A stretch of 64,000 bases of DNA. Origin: the human T2T-CHM13v2.0 reference genome, Homo sapiens. Each line of letters opens with the position of its first letter. Within the stretch, counting starts at the first letter, position 1. Positions 55,538 to 64,000 of this stretch are shown here, piece by piece. The translations under genes were made by a program, and so were the position numbers. The stretch lies in NCBI RefSeq assembly GCF_009914755.1, contig NC_060927.1. One strand, 5' to 3'. The notes below the pieces were generated by a model. The model did no database searches, was not told where the DNA came from, and worked only from the letters and a program-made list of their open reading frames with translations.

Positions 55538-56760
55538 ACATGAATATATAAACATATTTTAAGGTGCAAGGAAGTATTCCAAGGCAATGGTGTGAGCTTA
55601 CCAAGAAATGGGGCATTTTTTATCCTGCTTATTTTATAGCAGCAATTACTATAATGGTGTGAGCATTAAATGCTTGGAATTGGGGTTAAACTTCATTTAG
55701 CTCTTTACTGCTCCAGTGTCTCAGTGAAACCACTCTGTAAAGAAATAGGACTAAGCACAAATCATTCCTGTTAGGCCTGCCATGCATGAGATGGAGAAAC
55801 CTGATGTTTTAACATATTGTCCACCTCTACTGATAACTCTACAGACAGTCATTTCAATAAATCAAGCTGTGGAATCAAATTTTTGGCCATAGTGATCTCT
55901 GGGACTTACTTTCAATTTCTTCTTTATTTCACGATGACCAAACCACAAGTCAGAATGCACCTGACTTAAATCCTTTAGACTTCTGAGGAAGTAAATGTAC
56001 TATATGAAGATATCATGTCTTAAGTTTCTAATAAGGCAAAAATAATCTAACTTTTATACTGTTTCTGGACTCTCTTCACCATGATGGACAATAAAGTGTG
56101 CTCTTTTTTGTTGGCCTGACTGAAAAACTGCTTAATATTTATAAATTAATTTGCCATCAGTTCTTGAATGATAAGAAAATAATTTTGTTTGTAATTGCCT
56201 CAATAGTTCACTCCAAGCAGAGAAAAGAAGTCTATAAAAATGCCAAGTTTTATAATTAGAAACTAATTTATTTGTTTCAAAGCCAAGTGTTTTCCTATGT
56301 ACATGGTAATATTTGAATTAGCTTTAATTCTGTCTGCATTTATTAACAAGAAGGGACTTATATGTCCTATCATGAAATTTCAGACTTTTCCATGCAGCTC
56401 TGTCAGTTTGCAATGGCTGTTTATTTTTATATTACACTCCTTGATAGCCATTACTAAGAACTTCATAAACCTCCTCTTCATGCCTGACTACAGGATCTCT
56501 AACCCAGTGTTTCTAGGTGGTGGTACCATCATAAAACCCTTGAACAAAACTCCCAGCCCACCAGTCCTTAAACATTATTATTCAAATCAGCATGGGAACT
56601 CTGCCATCATCCCCATCATTCAGGTGCACCCATGCTTTTCACCTCATCACTCACACTTACACAGTTTCTGGCTCTATCAACAACTTCCTTGCTTGTCTGA
56701 GGCCTGACCCAATAAACGCATCCAGCTCCAGGCTCATACCATGCCCAGTGCCCCATGCTT

Positions 56761-56764
<4 letters not shown>

Positions 56765-56816
<52 letters not shown>
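56765..56816. repeat. (GT)26 microsatellite
   Basis: Seen directly. Confidence 0.95.
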
Positions 56817-56820
<4 letters not shown>

Positions 56821-59800
56821 ATGATGAATGAAGGATGGAGAGGATAGGCTTGAGATGAGGATTCAGATTCTCCACTGTTTTAAGTAGATAGAATTTTGCC
56901 TTTCCCCTTCCCATTTCCTCTTTTCCCCAGACCCTCACCTCATTCCCTTTTCTCTTTTAATCCATGGAAGGAAAGTGGTTTCCTGTTCTCCAGGATAGAT
57001 TCAGCTGGCAAATTCTACTCCAAACAGTAAGTGGAAGGAGGCCTATCATTTGGAAGATTTGGTCATTTTCAGAAATATGGAACATTGGCTAACACGGACA
57101 TATAGTCTAAATTCTTTTCTAGAAAACCAATTATGTGAGACTATCACTAGTTTATAATTACTCATTTAATAAAATAAAAATAACCGATATTTGATTTATG
57201 ATAGCATCACTAATTTCAATAGTAGTGTGTCTTTGAAGAAAAGAAATATACAACAAAAGGAGCATTACTTCGTGTATGATTGCTTCTATAAGGAATCCCA
57301 TTCACAAATTTGCTTTTTACTAAAAATCCCATTTTAGCATGTTGAGTTTTACATTTTTAAGGCTTAATTAAGCATGACTCACTCTGATTTGTCTTATCAC
57401 TGAAAGGCCACCTGCACCCTTTTCTAAATCATTACCATAATACAGTGTTATTACTATAATCATTTTATCATTAACTGCTTGCTATTTATTGTCATGTTAT
57501 CAGAGTATCCTTTAAACACTAGAATAACATTTTTAAATCCTAAATTCACTTTACAGGCATAGTTTACTAAAGAATTAGAAATGTTATATGTTACAGATAT
57601 TAGAAAAGGCTAGTATATAAGAATCTCTTCTTTGAGTGTCAACCTATGTTAAGCCTAAGTGAAAGGTAATGGGAAATGATTATCAATAATCCTTGAAGAA
57701 ATTTCTTTCTCTCTCTTCCTCTCTTTCTCTCTCACTCTCTGTCTATACATATGTGTATATTTATGTGTATGTGTATATACATGATTATATATGCATATGA
57801 TTATATACCTATATCTTGAGAAAGTAAAAATCATCTGAGACCGAGAAAGTAGAAAGCTGCACAGCCTTTCATCAGGCTGCAGTAGCAGACACAGATTATT
57901 CCAGGAGAAAAATTAACAGGAAACAACATGCCCGCGAAGAGGCACTGCAACCATAGGGTATCATAATAACCCTTTTATTTGAGTGACTACTGCCCTCTCC
58001 ACTCTTGCCTGGAACACCTATGTTACTGTAACATAAAGTAGCAGCCTCAATTTACAACCCAAGGGTGGAGCTTCAGGTAGACATTTCTGCTCACAAGATT
58101 CCACATCTATCTTAGCTTTGTGGTTCCAAAGGAAATAGGATCCTGAGTCTGCTATGCAGTCTAGGCAGGATGTTGACTCCTTGACACAGCCCCGCTTTGC
58201 TTTAAGTCTGTCAAAACACTGCTTCATTTAAAAATTATTTAATGGTCCTGAGTTCGCTATCTTTTGTTGCTGAGATACCCTGTGGCTCCTCTGCTTTACT
58301 GCCTCCCTCATTGCAAAGAATAATAATTTGTCAGACTGCAGTTTTGATCTTGGTTATCTTAGGTTCGCTAGGCTAACACTATCTCTATCTATCCTTCCAA
58401 GCCCTTTTGATGATAATTTGGAGCAGACTTTCTTTGTTCCCTGCATAGAAAAGAACACATTCCCGTAACTAAAGCCATACTATCTTGCTAAGAAACAGAA
58501 AAGGCCATTTGATATGGAAACAGTGGTAGCAGAGTCATTGCTTGGAAGGGCATATGGTGGTTTGGCTTGAAAATGTACAAACAATTTATTGCTAACTACC
58601 AAAATAAGAAGTGTACAACTCTTGTGGGAGTGTGGGAGTATGTAGCGACGAAGAAGTTTCACAATCCAGGTGACTCCCTACTTAAAGTTGCCATGTTGGT
58701 ACAGTTAACAGAATACACTGCATCAGTGCAAATCTAAAAGAAGCTAGAAGCCTTCTCCATCAAAACAGTTGTTGACTACAAAATACTCATTCAAAAAAAC
58801 ATTTTTTATATTCCCTGGGATGAAATCCAAATCTATTTTATATGAGACTCTGCTTCCCTGCATAGCCCCAAACTATGCTTCTAAATTATCTTATAGAAAG
58901 AACATCTTAGTTCCGTAGATGTCTAAAATTCCTCCTTTTATTCATTTCTTTTTCTTCATCAACTTGTCCTAGGAAAGAGTGGGTTGGTGTTACCAAAGGT
59001 AGTTTATTTCAAGATATATATTGGCAAGATTAGTAAAATGGTTCAGCATTCTTAGCCTTGGAACAGTTTGATGCTTTCATAGCTCAGGCTGCCTCCAATC
59101 TTAGAAATGTGGCCTTTCATCTCAATTATCTGGAAACTGAGCATTCTAGAATAGCATATGGTTCTTTTCACCACAGGCAGAATTTACTGTTTGTAGTCAA
59201 ACAGTTGCTGCCACATTTTTAGAAGACTCTTGAAGAATGGTCTGAAGACACACCCAGCCTTTAGAAAAGTGAATGCACTTGACTATGAGTTTTCATTGGT
59301 GGGCAGTGATTTTCCCACCTTGTGTGGATTTCACAATTGCTGAGCACTATTTTTGAGCTTGGTAGATAGCCTGCCAGAAGAATTAAACATAAAATGCTTA
59401 AATTGTAAACAGTAGCCTGCTGAATGTATCCTATGCCACAATTCTTTATGCCCTAATCAACAGTTTGTGTCATTTATGATTTATTCTACAATGAAAGGCT
59501 ATGTTGAGAATCACTGCAGTAATATATCATTTTGATTAGTAGATGGCTGTTTGGTGCAACAAATAGAATGAATTACTAGTCAATAAGGAGGATCCAGGAT
59601 TTTCAAAGTAAAGCAGGACAATACTCATCAATATTGGGTAAACATTAAGGTCATGAATTGAGGGAGCTGGAAGGGTCATCCAGTACTCTCATTTTTAACC
59701 TGAAGAAACTGCGGAATAGTTGGATATGCACCTTGCTCAAAGCTACAGAGCTCATCTGCGAGTGCCCTGGGGCTCCACTTAGAAATAATTTTCTTTCTCT

Positions 59801-59966
59801 TTTGTCGAGTGCTATCTCTCCCTAGGACCTACAGTCCCACTTGGCCAGCATGGGAAGTCAGAGTGTTGATGGTCACAGTTCTTTGCAGGCTGGCGTTTCC
59901 TGACCTCTGGGCACATTGGTGACCATTGCCTCAGAGTTACCTGCAGGTTCCACTCTCTAGAGTTAA

Positions 59967-60305
<339 letters not shown>

Positions 60306-62812
60306 AGGAGGTAATGATATTTTATCTATCAACATTTATTCAACAATAATACAATACATTTCTTAGGCACCTATTGTGTGCAGGCATCACACTGCATAGA
60401 ATGTGCAGGGTAAGCAAAATGTGAACAGTGAGACAAAGATAAATAATATAGAAGTAGTCTCTTAAGGGAATTATAGTCAAGAAGGAAAGGAAAAGTGACT
60501 GAAAATCATGGCATAATCATATAAATTAAAGCATTTTCAAAGGCCTTTGGACTATATTATGTTCAGATCAAGAGTTTTATTTTGTTTTTGTTTTTTGTTT
60601 GTTTATTCTTAATCATGTTAATGTAGACTGACTTTAACAGACCTTAAGAAAATCTAATTCACATCAGGCAAGATTTATTTTTTTTAACAACTTAATATCA
60701 GATTTGGTTCAGGCTTAATATTATCTTTGTAACTAGCAAATGTAGCTGTTATTTGAAGCCATTAAAATACTAAATTTGGCTGCAGCTGGTTATTGCACCC
60801 AGTCAGAAATGTAAAACTGATGAATTTGACAAGTTTAATTTGAAGCATTTGTGGGCATCTGCTGAAGTATGAAGTATCCGTATCAGTTATTCTTGGAAAT
60901 GAAATGAAAAGAAAGAATACTTAAATGGCAAACATCTTCCAGAGCTGAAAAAAATTGTGTCATAATAATATTTACCAAATTGTCCTAATAAAACAGTTCT
61001 GTTTGAATTTTAGAATGTTAGACTCAAAAGAAATCTTAAACAGATCCAGTTTAGCCCAGGCCCCTAGCTTTACAGTCAGATTAATGATGAGGAAACTGAG
61101 GCCAAAAAAAGTTAAGTAACCTACTCAGAGCCTTACTACTCAGTAAAATGTCATGAGCTGATATTCAGTTTGCTGAACAATTGGTTGGTGATTAGTCCAG
61201 CACTCCAGCACTCCTTGTTTTAGCAGTCAGGTATGTTTTCTGCGCTCAGAGATGAGTCAGCATCCTCCTGGGTGGACCTCAAAATCTCACATTCTCTACC
61301 ACATTTCCATTATGCCTTTTTCAATCCCAACATGTTTTTCTTCTAGTCCAGTGAACTTACTCTACAAGATATAGTCCTCCTCTCTTTTTATTCCACTTTA
61401 TTTTGGGCAGTCATCTGTGTGGCAATCACAGATTTATTAGTTGCAAATAAATGAAAGAGCTTTGGATGCCTGAAAACAGCTGCACAGGCTTGCCTGGGTT
61501 GATGCATTGATGTCAGCCTCCGAGCTCAGGGTGTGTGCCAGAGTCTGGATCAGCTGCTCTTACAGAATTGCACTCCTATAACACAGTCTGTCATTATTAG
61601 GTTGCAATTATTTTTGCCTACAGCTGGCTATTTTTCATAGCCATTTTACTTTTTATCAAAGTGAGATAAAAAGGATTTTGTGCTTGAAAAGCTGCTGTTT
61701 TGGCCATATCTTGAGCATAAGCATTGAATTTCTTATCATTCATAGGACTCAAGCAGGGTCTTGAAAATGAGTAGAAAGTATATCATCTTAAGGATAAAAC
61801 ATATTGTTACAATATAATGCATTTTTGGTGAACCCTGGGAGTGGCGTACTCTTAGCAGGAAGTGAATTTCAACTTCAAATCGTTTTTTAAATTATAATTA
61901 TGGGCAACTTGAGTGCTTTCTATATACCAGACAGTTTGCTTAAGGGTATTACATGGCTTAATCTTCTCCCTGACCGTATGAGATTGATATCATTAATTGT
62001 GTCACCTTCCCTATTTTACAGATGATGGAAGTAGAAATTTGGCAGGGGAAGTAACTGCCGTAGGATATACAAGGAGTCTGTCTTAAAGACCAGGTCTTTC
62101 CATAATAAATTGCCTCTCATGACTTGACAATTTATGCCTACAAAATCAAACAATAATTGTATTTACTTCCTCCCTCAAAATGGTTTTTACCAGTGTTAGA
62201 ATGTTTGCATCCCCTGAGACATCATTAGATGTCTAGTCATGGATAGTAGGTATCAAATAGCAGCTCTCTCACACCTAGGTAAAGTGGTTGTAATCATTTA
62301 TTTTTAAGCTACTGAACTATGTCCTTCATCATGATCTTGTTAATAATGCCAGGCCACTAAGGAGTTATAGTTCATGAAATTTCATCATGTAAGCTTTCCA
62401 AGGGCCCTCACCTGCTGAAATGACAACTTTTTTTAATTAAAATTTTATCCTCAAAAGTAACAGCCGTATGTGTTTTTTTAGTTAGTTAATAATAAAACTA
62501 ATTATTGTGCTACATCTTAGACTACATCTGTTTTAAATATGGGCACTTGTAGCTTTGTGTTCTCTGGCATCATTAACAAGGCAATATCAACTAAGCTGAT
62601 GATTCTATCAGGAGGTACTGGGGACACATTTTAATCAGACACATTTGTAAGGCAGTGACTGTGTCCCGCTTTTGCTGTAAGTCATATTGATGGTGAGGTA
62701 CTAAAGCTTCACTGCTCAGTTAAGTGTTCCTTACAAATGTAGCTATGGTAAGATAGAGATCATTTCCAAAAATGTGCTTACTGACTTGATAACAGTTTAA
62801 AAATGATTTCCT

Positions 62813-62932
62813 ATCAGGTGCAGTGCTGTGCGCCTATAGTCCCAGCTACTCGGGAGGCTGAGGCAGGAGGATTGCTTGAGCCTAGAAGTTTGATGCCAGC
62901 CTGCGCAACATAGCAAGGCCCTTATAAGAAAA
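62813..62932 (+). mobile_element. Alu monomer (FLAM_A-like)
   Basis: 'gcgcctatagtcccagctactcgggaggctgaggcaggaggattgcttgagcc...ccagcctgcgcaacatagcaag'. Confidence 0.8.
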
Positions 62933-64000
62933 TTTCCCATATGATAAAAAATGTTTTTAAAATATGGCTGAAAATATTACTATGTGAGACAAAATTTATA
63001 CTTTGGGATGTCATATCAGGAAAATTTGCTTCTACATTAAATTTACAAAGACCTCTCCAAGCTGTGGGTTGTCCCTCTTGGATCAGTCTTAGATGCCTGA
63101 ACTTATCTAAGTGACATTGAATTGCTCTTTATCAATGGATATGCATTCTTTGTGAATTCTTCAAGCTCTCCCTCCCTCTTCTACCCCCTTTTAAATACTT
63201 AGAATCCTTCTGGAGGAGTGTATTGAGAAGCAGACTCCGTTTGAATTGTGTTATACTTGGATGATAAAGAATGAGTTACTCATCTCTCCTGCTGAATTAA
63301 GGATTTTCAATTCTGGATTCTTGTGACTGGGTTTCTGGGCTTCCAGAAGAAACCAGAGAAATTTTATTCAAATTGCTTTTATATGTGCCTATGTACAATT
63401 AAGTAGAAAAGTGGTTCTAGAGAAATTTTCTCTGGAGAAAGTTTCAGAGAAATTTTATGCAAAATAACTTTTGTATGTGGCTAGGTACAGTTAACTAGAA
63501 AAGGGCCTCAATACTTTTATCAAATCTTTGATGTGATCCATATTTCTTTATAAATATTAAATGTCAGTGTCCTTGATCAATAATTTTTCTTAGTAGTGCC
63601 CTGTTCTTCCCATTTCAAAGATGAGTGAGAAAACTAAGCAGCAGTTCCTAAACTGAGGACTGAAGGTTTCTGGGAGTTTCTGCTGTTAAAGATAGTAAGT
63701 AAAATATGTCAATTTAAATAAGATTAATACAAATTAATATAACCATTCTATCCCACCCCACTCCCCAAAGAAAGAATTTTGGAAATGCTCTCTGAGTGAC
63801 TGGTAGTAGAAATTCGATGAGGGAGCATGCCACAACTTAATCATTCATTTCTGTAGGCACTGTTTTGAACCTAATTAGATGCCAAGCTGTTTTAAATAGT
63901 TTTAATCCCTTGTCTTACACTGATTAACTTACATGCATAGTGAACAATTGGTTAAAGACAAAGAAAATGAGAAACAAATGCAATTTATCAGGAGCGCAGA

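Overview
Primate (most likely human) genomic DNA covering the middle and 3' part of ARPP21 on the + strand. ARPP21 is the R3H/SUZ RNA-binding protein ARPP-21/TARPP, a paralog of R3HDM1 and R3HDM2. Eight coding exons can be read with GT-AG boundaries and consistent phases: 4121-4158, 5980/5983-6039, 10283-10512, 17977-18210, 25852-26036, 26888-26992, 27991-28251 and 32497-32623. They encode the S/P/Q-rich C-terminal low-complexity region. The intronic MIR128-2 hairpin (33134-33217) follows, then more than 31 kb of a long intron whose next exon is not seen in the window. The rest is intron containing Alu/FLAM, MIR, L1, L2, MaLR/ERV LTR and MER DNA-transposon remnants plus microsatellites. Almost all listed ORFs are spurious. 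This is a well-studied locus, so no wholly new gene system is claimed. The most interesting unexplained structures are: (1) a 131-bp, 94%-identical inverted copy of nearby unique sequence inserted inside a TSD-flanked composite Alu, predicting a long dsRNA stem about 2.3 kb downstream of miR-128-2; (2) two AG|GT recursive-splice-like sites with immediate in-frame stop codons; (3) several frame-compatible candidate exons, namely a 23-nt GC-donor microexon, a 141-nt cassette and two alternative terminal exons, one of which would contain the miRNA; (4) miR-128 seed matches at the base of its own hairpin; and (5) two local direct duplications. TE subfamily calls are by eye and approximate.
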